Shown here piece after piece: positions 15,801 to 24,952 of a DNA stretch of 64,000 bases; within the stretch, counting starts at the first letter, position 1; the number at the start of each line of letters is the position of its first letter. Source of the stretch: Candidatus Omnitrophota bacterium (GTDB taxonomy: Bacteria > Omnitrophota > Gorgyraeia > Aquiviventales > JACQRC01). The DNA lies in assembly GCA_016206665.1 (NCBI GenBank), contig JACQRC010000100.1, positions 33 through 64,032 of the forward strand, written 5' to 3'. The translations under genes and the position numbers were made by a program. The notes under the pieces were generated by a model. The model was not told the DNA's origin, did no database searches, and was given only the letters and a program-made list of their open reading frames with translations.

Positions 15801-17728
15801 TGGCCACCCCTGTCGAAGCGCCGCCTGAGCCACCGATGACGAGCGGTCCGAGCACCCGCCCCAGGCGGTCAGCTGCTCGGGGTTGGCTGATGGTCCTCGC
15901 CAGCACGCTGCTCACCCTGCTGTTATTAGAGGGGGCGATGCGGCTCTGGCGGCCCCAAAGTGAGTATGCCATCACGTGGGCCCCCTGGGGTTTCATCCAT
16001 CAACCCAACGCGACCATCACCTATTACACCGAAAAGCCCCGCCCCGGCAGGAAAGACGACAGCGGCATCCCGCCGCATCCCGTCAAAATCCATTACAACG
16101 CTCATGGATTTCGTGAGTTCGACTACCCCTACGCGAAACCGCCAGGCACCTTCCGTATCCTCTTTCTGGGGGATTCCTGGGCGGAGGACATGGGCAGTTA
16201 CTTCGAGAATCTCCATACGAAACACTTGGAGCGGAAACTGAATGCCCTCGGGCTGCCCCAGAAGTTTGAGGTGATCAACGCCGGCCATTACGCTTATGAC
16301 AATGCGCAGGAGCTGATGCTCTACCTCAACGAAGGCATCAAGTTCCAGCCCGATCTGGTGACGGTGCTGTATGTGGGCGATACGGCCAAACCCGAGCTGG
16401 CGACCGTGGAGCAGGGCGAGCTGCGGCTGCACGACCAACGGTATACGCCAATACAGAAGTTCTACCGGGCCATCGTGACGTGGACTCGTTCCCACTCGCA
16501 CCTGGGCAGCTTTCTCCTGAATGAGCTCTACCGCGTCAAGCACATTCAGCAGTGGCTGGTGGCGCATAAATGGAAGGAAGCCCCGGTGCCGGTGCCGTCG
16601 GTGCACGTCGCAGTCGCCGCCGAGATGCCGCCCCAAGCGGCGCTCATCCCTGCGCCTGCCACACCGCCCAAGACAGCGGCGCCCGCCCCGGTAGTGCCAG
16701 CGCAACCCACAGCACCGTCGCGTGACCCGCTCGTTGGTGTACCGACAGGCGTCAATCTCCTGCTCAACAGCTCCTTCGGAAGCTGGTCGCTGGGCGATGA
16801 GGATGACCCCGACTACTGGGTGGCTGGCTTTACCACGCCAGGATTCTCAGTCAAACGTGCCGTGACCGATGCCCGTCACGGGCGCTCTGCTTGTCGTCTG
16901 ATCAATCAGACTCCCGACGGGTGCCGTCTCAGCCAGGACCCGGTGATGATGGTGGATCCGGCGGGGCAGCGGCTTCGCTGGACTCAACTGCGCGGGAAAA
17001 CCGTGACGGCCGGGTGCTGGGTCAAGACCTCGACCCCTGAGGCCGTTTGGCTCTTTCTTCATGATGGGATCAGCGGCGCCGAATCGCCGCGCCATTCCGG
17101 CAGCGGAGCGTGGGAGTTCCTCACCACGACCCTCAATGTGCCTGGTGCGGCGTCGTCACTCGATTACCGCGTCATGGTGGGCAAAGGTGCTACGGTGGAT
17201 GTGGACGCCGCGACGCTCGCGCTGGGCCGGCGACCCGCGCAGCCGTTCCTGCCGGAGGGGGAGGAAGCCGACCAGATCGCAGCCCACCGGACGAAGATCC
17301 GCGAGCAGCTCGCTGCAGCCCAGGGCACCCTGGTGCCGCCGTCGCAGCTGCCGGAAGAGCTGATCGAAGAACAGGATGCCGAGTTCGCGCTGGTTGACCA
17401 GTTGATCTGGAAGAAATTCCGGGACACGGCCAAGGCGCAGGGGGGGCAATTCATCTTCCTGTCCGTAAGCCCGCTGACGCCATCCGAGCGCCTGTTCTTG
17501 AAGGAAGCCGGGATTCCTTGGCTGAGCTTCAAGCTGCCCTTCAACCCGAATGAACGACGGCAGAAAGACCTGCTCGCCGGCCGGTATGATCCCAGCCAGG
17601 ACTCCCACCGGTTCGGCTACCAGGCCAATGCGGAGGTGGCCGAGCAGATGCTGCAGTACCTGAAGGCGCGCCAGTTCATCCCCATGCCACAGCCACAGCA
17701 TGAAGGCGCTGGTTCTCGCCGCCGGTGA
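15800..17728 (+). CDS. Membrane-anchored SGNH/GDSL-like hydrolase or acyltransferase with inserted Pro/Ala linker and CBM4/9-like carbohydrate-binding-type domain
   Basis: ORF track starts at TTG 15791. ATG 15800 overlaps the upstream stop (TGATG). One N-terminal TM helix (WLMVLASTLLTLLLLEGA). FRILFLGDSWAED (GDS block). P/A-rich linker. NLLLNSSFGSW...GKTVTAGCWVKT...ATVDVDAATLALG resembles CBM_4_9. C-terminal QDSHRFGY (Asp/His block). Confidence 0.45.
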   Translation: MATPVEAPPEPPMTSGPSTRPRRSAARGWLMVLASTLLTLLLLEGAMRLWRPQSEYAITWAPWGFIHQPNATITYYTEKPRPGRKDDSGIPPHPVKIHYNAHGFREFDYPYAKPPGTFRILFLGDSWAEDMGSYFENLHTKHLERKLNALGLPQKFEVINAGHYAYDNAQELMLYLNEGIKFQPDLVTVLYVGDTAKPELATVEQGELRLHDQRYTPIQKFYRAIVTWTRSHSHLGSFLLNELYRVKHIQQWLVAHKWKEAPVPVPSVHVAVAAEMPPQAALIPAPATPPKTAAPAPVVPAQPTAPSRDPLVGVPTGVNLLLNSSFGSWSLGDEDDPDYWVAGFTTPGFSVKRAVTDARHGRSACRLINQTPDGCRLSQDPVMMVDPAGQRLRWTQLRGKTVTAGCWVKTSTPEAVWLFLHDGISGAESPRHSGSGAWEFLTTTLNVPGAASSLDYRVMVGKGATVDVDAATLALGRRPAQPFLPEGEEADQIAAHRTKIREQLAAAQGTLVPPSQLPEELIEEQDAEFALVDQLIWKKFRDTAKAQGGQFIFLSVSPLTPSERLFLKEAGIPWLSFKLPFNPNERRQKDLLAGRYDPSQDSHRFGYQANAEVAEQMLQYLKARQFIPMPQPQHEGAGSRRR

Positions 17729-18419
17729 AGGGCGCCGGCTGGGCGCCTTGACGGCCGACCGGCCGAAGCCGATGCTCCCGATCGGAGGCGTTCCGGTCCT
17801 GGAGCGGACCCTGCGGTGGCTGGCGCTGCACGGCATCCGGCAGATTGCCATCAATCTGCACCATCAGCCGCACACCATCCGCGCCCATGTGGGCGACGGC
17901 CGGCCGTTCGGTGTCCAGGCGACCTACTCGCTGGAACCCCGGCTGCTGGGCACGGCGGGTGCCGTCCGGCCCCTCGCCCGATGGCTGGATGAGCCGTTTC
18001 TGGTCGTGTATGGCGATAACCTGTTCGAGATCGACCTGACCGCCTTCATCGCCTCACACCGACGGCACGGCGGCGACGGCACCATCGCCCTGCATCATCG
18101 CGAGGACCCCACCGCCAGCGGGATCGCCGCCCTCGATGGCGAGGGACGCCTCACGCGGTTTGTGGAAAAACCGTCGCCCGACCAGGTCTTCAGCCATTGG
18201 GTGAGCGCCGGCCTCATGGTCTGGGAACCGCGGGTGGTGGCCGACATTCCTACCACCATTCCCTGCGACTGGGGGCGGGATCTGCTACCCCAGTGGGCCA
18301 CGGCCAAACGGATCTATGGGTACCAGCTGCCACCCACCGACCGCATCTGGTGGATGGATACGCCGGAGGATTACGCGCGCGCCCAGGCGGCCTTCGCCGC
18401 CACGGCACACACCAGCTAA
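17700..18419 (+). CDS. hddC: Sugar-1-phosphate nucleotidylyltransferase, D-glycero-alpha-D-manno-heptose-1-phosphate guanylyltransferase-like
   Basis: 239 aa. MKALVLAAGEGRRLG...DRPKPMLPIGG signature of NTP-transferase family. Sits adjacent to gmhA and near the hddA-like kinase. Confidence 0.6.
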   Translation: MKALVLAAGEGRRLGALTADRPKPMLPIGGVPVLERTLRWLALHGIRQIAINLHHQPHTIRAHVGDGRPFGVQATYSLEPRLLGTAGAVRPLARWLDEPFLVVYGDNLFEIDLTAFIASHRRHGGDGTIALHHREDPTASGIAALDGEGRLTRFVEKPSPDQVFSHWVSAGLMVWEPRVVADIPTTIPCDWGRDLLPQWATAKRIYGYQLPPTDRIWWMDTPEDYARAQAAFAATAHTS

Positions 18420-18432
18420 CGAGGAGCCGCTC

Positions 18433-19086
18433 ATGCCCACCGCCACCCGACGCCAGCCAACGCCGCGACCAGCATCCGACGCCGAGCTGATCGACAGCTA
18501 CATCGACGCCATGGGCACCCTCATGAAGGGCGTGCCCCGCGCCACCATCCAACGGGCAGTAGATCTCCTGTTTGACGCCTGGCAGCGGCACGCGGCCATC
18601 TACGTGGCAGGCAACGGCGGTTCGGCCTCGACCGCGTCGCACTTCGCGAGCGATCTCGCCAAATTCACCATCGCGGAAGGCCGGCCGCGCTTCAAGGTGG
18701 TCAGCCTCACCGACAACGTGCCGCTGGTGAGCGCCTGGACGAACGACTCCGGCTTCGGCTCGATCTTCGCCGAACAGATGGAGCCGTGGTTCCAAGCCGG
18801 CGACGGGCTGGTGGCCTTTTCAGTGCATGGCGGTTCCGGCAGCGGGGAGGCGGGCCCCTGGTCGCAGAACCTGACGCGCGCCGTAACACTCGCAAAACAG
18901 CGGCGCGGCTTTGTCATCGGCTTTTCCGGGTTCGACGGCGGGATGCTCAAGGCCGAGGCCGATGCCTGCATGGTGGTTCCCGCATCGCAGGAGCCGATGG
19001 CTACCCCCTTGGTCGAATCGCTCCATGTGGCCTTGCATCATCTGGTCTGCGTGGCGCTCAAAGTCCGCATCGCCGGCCGCGCGTAA
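18433..19086 (+). CDS. gmhA: Sedoheptulose-7-phosphate isomerase (SIS domain)
   Basis: ORF track starts at 18316. ATG 18433 is preceded by GAGGAG (18421..18426). IYVAGNGGSASTASHFASDL is the GmhA/SIS motif. Confidence 0.8.
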   Translation: MPTATRRQPTPRPASDAELIDSYIDAMGTLMKGVPRATIQRAVDLLFDAWQRHAAIYVAGNGGSASTASHFASDLAKFTIAEGRPRFKVVSLTDNVPLVSAWTNDSGFGSIFAEQMEPWFQAGDGLVAFSVHGGSGSGEAGPWSQNLTRAVTLAKQRRGFVIGFSGFDGGMLKAEADACMVVPASQEPMATPLVESLHVALHHLVCVALKVRIAGRA

Positions 19087-19108
19087 GACGCACCGAACGG
19101 CACGTCGC

Positions 19109-20977
19109 ATGCCCAAGCCGCTCCACATCCTCGGCGTCAACAACGGCCACAACGCCTCGGCCTGCCTCATCCGCGACGGCGAGCTCCTCGCCGCCTGCGA
19201 GCAGGAGCGGATGAATCGGGAGAAATACACCGCGGCCTTCCCGCAGGAGGCGATCGACGCGTGCTTGCGCGAGGGGGGCATCGACTGGCGGGGCGTCGAT
19301 ATCGTGGCCTTCCCGTGGGTGCGGCGGGACTTCCTGGCGAAGCGGGTCTTCTACCACACGATCCGGTACTATCCGCGGACCTGCCGCTGGTTCGCCGTCG
19401 TGAGCGAAAACGTCCTGCCCAACTATTTCGCCGCGACGTGGCGGATGCGGCGCGCCGGGTTCCGCGGGCAGTTCCGCATGGTCAATCACCATGACGCGCA
19501 TGCCGCCAGCGCTTTTTTTGTTTCGCCGTTCGAGCGCTCCGCCGTCCTCTCCGTCGACGGGGCCGGCGAATACAACTGCTCGGTCTTCTATCACGGGCAG
19601 GGCCACCGTCTGACGCGGCTGCAGGCGATCGACCTGCCGCATTCGGTGGGCGGCCTCTACGAGGTCATCTCCGTCTACCTCGGCTTTGATCTGCTCGAGG
19701 GGCCGGGCAAGGTCATGGGCCTGGCGGCCTTCGGGCAGCCCACCTATGCGGAGGTCTTCAGGCAATTTGTGACATGCCTGCCCGAGGGACGTTACGCCAT
19801 CGATTGCGACACGCTCAATTTGATCGGCGTTAGCGGCGAGCACTTCACCCCGAAGCTGCGCTCGCTGCTGGGCCCGCCGCGACGGGAGGGGGAACCCCTG
19901 ACCCAGCGGCACAAGGACATCGCAGCGAGCCTGCAGGAGATCGCCGAGGAATTGATGCTGCACATGGCGAGGCATCTGCATGCCACGACCGGTGAGCGGC
20001 GGCTGTGCCTCGCCGGGGGCGTGGCGCTCAACAGCGTCGCCAATGACCGCCTCCTCCGGGAAACGCCCTTTCAAGAGGTCTACATTCAGGCGGGCACGCA
20101 CGACGCGGGGACGGCGTTGGGGGCGGCCTATGCGGTCTACCATCAACAGTTGGGCTACCCGCGCCGGTTCGTGATGACCCACGCCTATTGGGGCCCGCGC
20201 TACTCGGCGCAGGAGATCGAGACGTGCCTCCGGGATCGTCCCGTCCGGTGGGAGCGGCTGTCACCGGCCGCAGTGCCGCAGCGCGTGGCGGAGGCGCTGG
20301 CGACCGGCAAGGTCGTGGGGTGGTTCCAGGACCGAATGGAGTTCGGTCCGCGGGCCCTGGGCAATCGCTCGATCCTCGCGGACCCTCGGCGGGCGACCGT
20401 GAAGGAGGAGTTGAACGCGAAGGTGAAATACCGCGAGGAGTTCCGTCCTTTTGCGCCCGCCGTCACGCGCGAAGCCTGCGCGGACTATTTTTCACCCGCT
20501 TACGACTCGCCCTTTATGCTGCTCGTTGCCGATACGCGCTCCGACAAACAGCAGATGGTGCCGGCGATCGTCCATGTCGACGGCACCGCGCGGTTGCAGA
20601 CGGTCGACCGAGAGACCAACCAGCGATTCTGGGAGCTGATCAAGGCCTTCGAGCAGCGGACGGGCGTGCCGGTCCTGCTGAACACGTCCTTCAACGTGCA
20701 CGAACCGATCGTCTGCTCGCCGGAGGATGCGGTGCGCACTTTTGAGGAATCCCGGATCGACCTGCTGGTCCTCGGCGACTATCTGGTGGAGCGCAACGGC
20801 CATGCCGTCGAGCCGTCGCGGTTGGCATCGAGCCGCCGGACGGTCCGGCGGGGCCTGCTCGAGCGCGCCCTGCGGTCCGGCTACTTCCGCGTCGTCGCCC
20901 CGGCGCTGTATTACACCCTCTTTCTCATCCTGGCGCTGGGGTATCACGCCTACCGGCGGGTGCGCCGGCTCGCATGA
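19109..20977 (+). CDS. NodU/CmcH-family O-carbamoyltransferase with C-terminal hydrophobic helix
   Basis: ORF track starts at 18911. ATG 19109 gives MPKPLHILGVNNGHNASACLIRDGELLAACEQERMNREK, typical of the carbamoyltransferase N domain. C domain has ...VDGTARLQTV...PVLLNTSFN. C-terminal YYTLFLILALGYHAY. Confidence 0.85.
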   Translation: MPKPLHILGVNNGHNASACLIRDGELLAACEQERMNREKYTAAFPQEAIDACLREGGIDWRGVDIVAFPWVRRDFLAKRVFYHTIRYYPRTCRWFAVVSENVLPNYFAATWRMRRAGFRGQFRMVNHHDAHAASAFFVSPFERSAVLSVDGAGEYNCSVFYHGQGHRLTRLQAIDLPHSVGGLYEVISVYLGFDLLEGPGKVMGLAAFGQPTYAEVFRQFVTCLPEGRYAIDCDTLNLIGVSGEHFTPKLRSLLGPPRREGEPLTQRHKDIAASLQEIAEELMLHMARHLHATTGERRLCLAGGVALNSVANDRLLRETPFQEVYIQAGTHDAGTALGAAYAVYHQQLGYPRRFVMTHAYWGPRYSAQEIETCLRDRPVRWERLSPAAVPQRVAEALATGKVVGWFQDRMEFGPRALGNRSILADPRRATVKEELNAKVKYREEFRPFAPAVTREACADYFSPAYDSPFMLLVADTRSDKQQMVPAIVHVDGTARLQTVDRETNQRFWELIKAFEQRTGVPVLLNTSFNVHEPIVCSPEDAVRTFEESRIDLLVLGDYLVERNGHAVEPSRLASSRRTVRRGLLERALRSGYFRVVAPALYYTLFLILALGYHAYRRVRRLA

Positions 20978-21963
20978 TCATCACGCGCACCCCGTTTCGC
21001 GTGCCGCTGGGCGGCGGGGGCACCGATTTGCCGGCCTACTCCTCGCGGCATGGCGGCTTCGTCCTGGGGGCTGCGATCGACAAATACATGTACATCACCC
21101 TGAGCCGCCGGCCCATCGACGACCGGTTGTGGATCAGCTACTCCAAGGTCGAGGTCGTGGATGCCATCGGGCAGATCCATCATGAGCTGGTGCGCGAGGC
21201 CCTGCAGCTCGTGGGTATTGCGCGGGGGATCGAGATCCATTCCATCTCGGAGGTCGTCGGCGGCACCGGGATGGGCTCATCGGCCTGCTTTACGGTGGGG
21301 CTCCTCAACGCGCTCCACGCGCTGAGCCGCAAGCCGGCCACCGTCAAGGACCTCGCCGAGGAGGCGTACCACATCGAGGTGGAACGGCTCGGCCACCCGA
21401 GTGGGAAACAGGACCAGTATCTCGTGGCCCACGGTGGCTTGACGTGCCTCCATATCGATGTCAACGGCCAGGTGCGGGTGGAACCGCTGTTGTTGTCCAC
21501 CCAGACGCTGGAGGCGCTGCAGGAGCGGCTGCTCATGTTCTACACCGGCATCGAGCGGGCCTCGGCGCAGATCTTGAGCGACCAGTCCGCCGGAGCCAGC
21601 CGCGGCGACGGCGAGGTCGTTGAGCAGATGCACGAGATCAAACGCATCGGCCTGGCCAGCAAGGAGGCGTTGGAGCGCGGCGAGGTGGACCGGTTCGGCG
21701 CGCTGTTAGATGAGCATTGGCAGGCCAAGCGCCGCATCTCCGCCAGGATGAGCAACGGCTGGATCGACGAATGTTACACGGAGGCCAGGCGCCTCGGCGT
21801 GACGGGCGGCAAGATCATCGGCGCCGGCGGGGGAGGCTTTTTCCTGTTCTACTGTCCGGGGGACAAGCAGCCGTTGCGCGAACGCTTGACCCAGATGGGA
21901 TTGCGCGAGATGCCGTTCCGGTTCGATTTTTCCGGCACCCAAGTGGTGGCCAATTTCTCATGA
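20974..21963 (+). CDS. hddA: GHMP-family kinase, D-glycero-alpha-D-manno-heptose-7-phosphate kinase-like
   Basis: 329 aa. ATGA overlap with the upstream gene. MIITRTPFRVPLGGGGTDLPAY... and GTGMGSSACFTVGLLNAL (GHMP motif II). Confidence 0.7.
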   Translation: MIITRTPFRVPLGGGGTDLPAYSSRHGGFVLGAAIDKYMYITLSRRPIDDRLWISYSKVEVVDAIGQIHHELVREALQLVGIARGIEIHSISEVVGGTGMGSSACFTVGLLNALHALSRKPATVKDLAEEAYHIEVERLGHPSGKQDQYLVAHGGLTCLHIDVNGQVRVEPLLLSTQTLEALQERLLMFYTGIERASAQILSDQSAGASRGDGEVVEQMHEIKRIGLASKEALERGEVDRFGALLDEHWQAKRRISARMSNGWIDECYTEARRLGVTGGKIIGAGGGGFFLFYCPGDKQPLRERLTQMGLREMPFRFDFSGTQVVANFS

Positions 21964-23294
21964 GCCTCGGGCAGCGCCTGCAGCGATGGTTGGATCTGAC
22001 GCTGGCGGTGCTCGTCCTGGTCATGCTGAGTGCGTGGCTGGTGGTGTGGTGCGCGTTACGCCAGCTGCGGTCACGCCGGCGCCGGACGCACGATCGGCCG
22101 CCGCGCATGGTGCAGATGGTGAGCGGCTCGATCGAGGGCGAGCAGCGCCGCAACGCCTTCGGGCGGCTGACCGACACCGATTATGGCTGGTTCGAGCACG
22201 TCTTTCATGTCTACTTCTACGCGCCGACGGCCGCACGGCAATCGGCGGGCCCGCGGCACAGCCTCATCAATTGGCGATTGTCGCCACTCGAGGGGTTGCG
22301 CGCCGCCGGGTGGAAACGGCTGCACCTGGCGCTCCACGAAGTGGCTTTTCTGGGTTGGCTCGGGCGATTCATCTCTCGCGAAGGCATTGCGGTGATCGAT
22401 GCAGCCGATCCCTATGTGACCGGCGTGAACGCCTGGTTGGGGAGCGTGGTGACTGGCGTGCCCTATACGGTCGAAATCCACCGTGACTATGATCTGGATT
22501 ACCGGCTGTTAGGGCGGCCCCATTTCGCGTACTTTCCTTCGTGGCAGGCGGAGCGGCGGGTGGGAGGATGGGTACTGCGGCACGCGCACCGCGTGATCGC
22601 CGACCACGACTGTTACGCGCGCTATGCGCTGGCGAACGGCGCCCGGCCTGAGCGGATCGTGAAGGTGCGGGCCACGAGCAATCTGGGCCGGCCGGGGTAT
22701 GCCCTGGCGGAGCAACCGCGCCCGCAGGCGCGCACCCGCTATGAGGCGGATGGGCGGCGCCTGCTCGTCTATGTCGGCCGGCTCGACCCGGATAAATTCG
22801 TCGAGGATCTCGTGCCGTGCCTCGAGCGTGTCGTGGCGCGGCGTCGTGACGTGCGTCTGCTGCTGGCCGGGGACGGCAGTCTCCGCGCCTCCCTGCTGCA
22901 GGCGGCGCGCGAGCGAGGATTGAGCGACTACATCCGTTGGTTGGGATCCTTGTCGCTCCCGGACGTCCTCGATCTCTTCTCGGCAGCCGATGTGGTGGTG
23001 GGTACGCATTTGGGGGCGACCTACCTGGAGGCGGCGCTCTGCGGCGCGCCCCTCGTGGCCTACGACATCGACCGCCATCCGGAGTTCATTCACGACGGTG
23101 AGACGGGGATGTTAGCGCCTTTTCGTGATGCGCAGCGCTTGTCCGAAGCGGTCCTGCGCGTGCTCGACGATGCCGCCCTGGCCGACCGACTGCGCCGAGG
23201 CGCCAAACGGCGCGTCCTCGAGCAGCACCGCCCCGAGCATTACATGGAGGATATGCGCCGCTGTTTTCAGGAGCTGCTGGGGGTGGTGGCATGA
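21960..23294 (+). CDS. Glycosyltransferase family 4 (GT-B, Glycos_transf_1 domain) with N-terminal TM helix
   Basis: ORF track starts at 21717. ATG 21960 overlaps the upstream stop (ATGA). LLVYVGRLDPDKF...RLLLAGDGSLR...EAALCGAPLVAYDIDRHPEFIHDGETG (E-x7-E-type GT1 motif). Confidence 0.8.
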   Translation: MSLGQRLQRWLDLTLAVLVLVMLSAWLVVWCALRQLRSRRRRTHDRPPRMVQMVSGSIEGEQRRNAFGRLTDTDYGWFEHVFHVYFYAPTAARQSAGPRHSLINWRLSPLEGLRAAGWKRLHLALHEVAFLGWLGRFISREGIAVIDAADPYVTGVNAWLGSVVTGVPYTVEIHRDYDLDYRLLGRPHFAYFPSWQAERRVGGWVLRHAHRVIADHDCYARYALANGARPERIVKVRATSNLGRPGYALAEQPRPQARTRYEADGRRLLVYVGRLDPDKFVEDLVPCLERVVARRRDVRLLLAGDGSLRASLLQAARERGLSDYIRWLGSLSLPDVLDLFSAADVVVGTHLGATYLEAALCGAPLVAYDIDRHPEFIHDGETGMLAPFRDAQRLSEAVLRVLDDAALADRLRRGAKRRVLEQHRPEHYMEDMRRCFQELLGVVA

Positions 23295-24952
23295 AGCGGC
23301 TCTGGGTGCTGGCGGCGATCGTGGTGGTCGGTGCGATCCCGCGGTTCTACCAGTGGCGCCAGGTGGGGCTCTTGACGCATGACGACGCCGCGGTCATGAA
23401 TGTCACCGGCACGGCGCTGGCGGCCGCCAACGTCGTGGGGCGCCACGCCGGTGACTTGCTGAGCCATCGCTGGACGCTGGCGGACGTGGAAGCCGCCGTG
23501 CACGCCGAGTTTGGTCCCGCCGATCTCCTTCAACGAGGAAAGCCGGGCCTGTTTCCCTTCTTGCTGCTCGGGGCGGGACTGACCGGTGTGTCGGATATGA
23601 CGCCCGCGCTGTGGATGGCCTGCTGTAGTCTGGCGGCGGCGCTGGCGGTGTATCTGCTGGGCCGCGAGGCGTGGGGGTCTGCCGTGGGCGGCGTGGCGGG
23701 CCTGCTCTTCGTCCTGTCGGGTCAGGTCTTGGTCTTTTCGCGCAACTACAAGATGGAAATCGCCCCCATGTGGCTGTGGTTGACATTAGGCACGTGGGCG
23801 TACCTGCGGGCGCGCCGCAGCGAGCGCCTGAGGTGGGTGGTGTTGAGTGGGCTGTTGGTGGGCTATGCCTTTACTTGCCATTACAGCATTCTGCTGTGGG
23901 TCGCCCTGTTTCCGCTCTTTGAACTGGCGTGGCCAGCCGATCCGGCGTGGCCGATCCATCGTCGGCTGAGGCGTGTCCTCGTCTGGGCTGGCGTGGCGGT
24001 CGTACCGGCCGTGCTGTTCCAACTCGCGACACTCGCCATCCGGCAGGTGTGGTTGCCGTTCATCACCTATTGGGGATCCGTGGGGTATCAGTTGAGTCAG
24101 CAGCAGCATCAGTCGCTGCCGGCCGATCCCTGGTACTACCTCTATTTTCTGTGGCGGCTGGACGGGCCGGCGAGCTTCCTCTGGCTGACGTTCGGCGCGG
24201 CAACGCTGACCTGGGCATGGCTCAGGCAGCGCGCGTTCGCCGCGGCACTACTCCTGACCCTGTGTACCGTGCCCCTGCTGGTCTTAAGCCTCTCAACGGC
24301 ATCGATCTTTACCGTGCCTCGCACCCTCGCGCCAGCGCTGCCCTTCCTGGCCGTGATGGCGGCGGTGGGGCTGGTGCGCTCCTCCGAGATCGTGGGACGC
24401 AGACTGCCGCAGCCGAGGCTGGCCTTGGCGCTGGCCGTCGGCATGACCGCCGCCGTGAACCTCCACCAGATTCTGCCGTTGACGCAGTGGCGCGCCGGCT
24501 ACCGCGACGCGGTCCGCTTCATCGCGAGCCGCACGGACTCCGGAGTGGCCGATCTAACGGACGCGCCGATCTGGCAATTCTATCTCCGTCGCACCGCCTT
24601 CGCGACCTCCGACCGGCAGGCCCTGGAGCAGCTCTACCGCTCCGGGCAGATCCGGTATCTGGCCGTGAGCCCCACAGCCACCATCCTGGCTACCTATCCC
24701 TCCAGTCTACCGGGGTCGATTCTGCATGAGTTTCAGGCCGTCGCGACGATGGTGGTGGACGTGCCGACCGTCGCCGAGTTTGAGCAGCCGGTAGTCGGGG
24801 AGCTGGACTATCTGGCTGAGGTGGGTCATCTGACGCGGCATCAGGTCCTGGAGATTCAGCGCCAGCCGGAACTGCGGCGGATCCGGCTCTATGATCTGGC
24901 CCAGCTCTTCGGGCCGCTTCAGACGGCGGCAGCAGCCGAGCGCAGCCCATGA
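23291..24952 (+). CDS. Polytopic GT-C-type glycosyltransferase (ArnT/PMT_2-like)
   Basis: 553 aa. ATGA overlap with the upstream gene. More than 10 predicted TM helices. First-loop acidic motif LLTHDDAAV. Soluble C-terminal domain. Followed by a polyprenyl-phosphate GT2-type gene. Confidence 0.6.
   Translation: MKRLWVLAAIVVVGAIPRFYQWRQVGLLTHDDAAVMNVTGTALAAANVVGRHAGDLLSHRWTLADVEAAVHAEFGPADLLQRGKPGLFPFLLLGAGLTGVSDMTPALWMACCSLAAALAVYLLGREAWGSAVGGVAGLLFVLSGQVLVFSRNYKMEIAPMWLWLTLGTWAYLRARRSERLRWVVLSGLLVGYAFTCHYSILLWVALFPLFELAWPADPAWPIHRRLRRVLVWAGVAVVPAVLFQLATLAIRQVWLPFITYWGSVGYQLSQQQHQSLPADPWYYLYFLWRLDGPASFLWLTFGAATLTWAWLRQRAFAAALLLTLCTVPLLVLSLSTASIFTVPRTLAPALPFLAVMAAVGLVRSSEIVGRRLPQPRLALALAVGMTAAVNLHQILPLTQWRAGYRDAVRFIASRTDSGVADLTDAPIWQFYLRRTAFATSDRQALEQLYRSGQIRYLAVSPTATILATYPSSLPGSILHEFQAVATMVVDVPTVAEFEQPVVGELDYLAEVGHLTRHQVLEIQRQPELRRIRLYDLAQLFGPLQTAAAAERSP

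Noticed and set aside
18911-19108. 5'-extended ORF calls in the track (for example 11302, 18316, 18911, 21717, 26366, 27228, 29711, 32114, 38539, 39444, 40888, 42842, 43249, 44097, 47046, 49915, 50715, 57861)
   Set aside because: The extensions overlap the 3' end of the preceding gene in another frame and translate to Arg/Pro/Gly-rich sequence. In each case an internal ATG or GTG gives a family-typical N-terminus. That start usually forms an ATGA/GTGA overlap with the upstream stop or follows a GGAG-type RBS, so the shorter starts were adopted.
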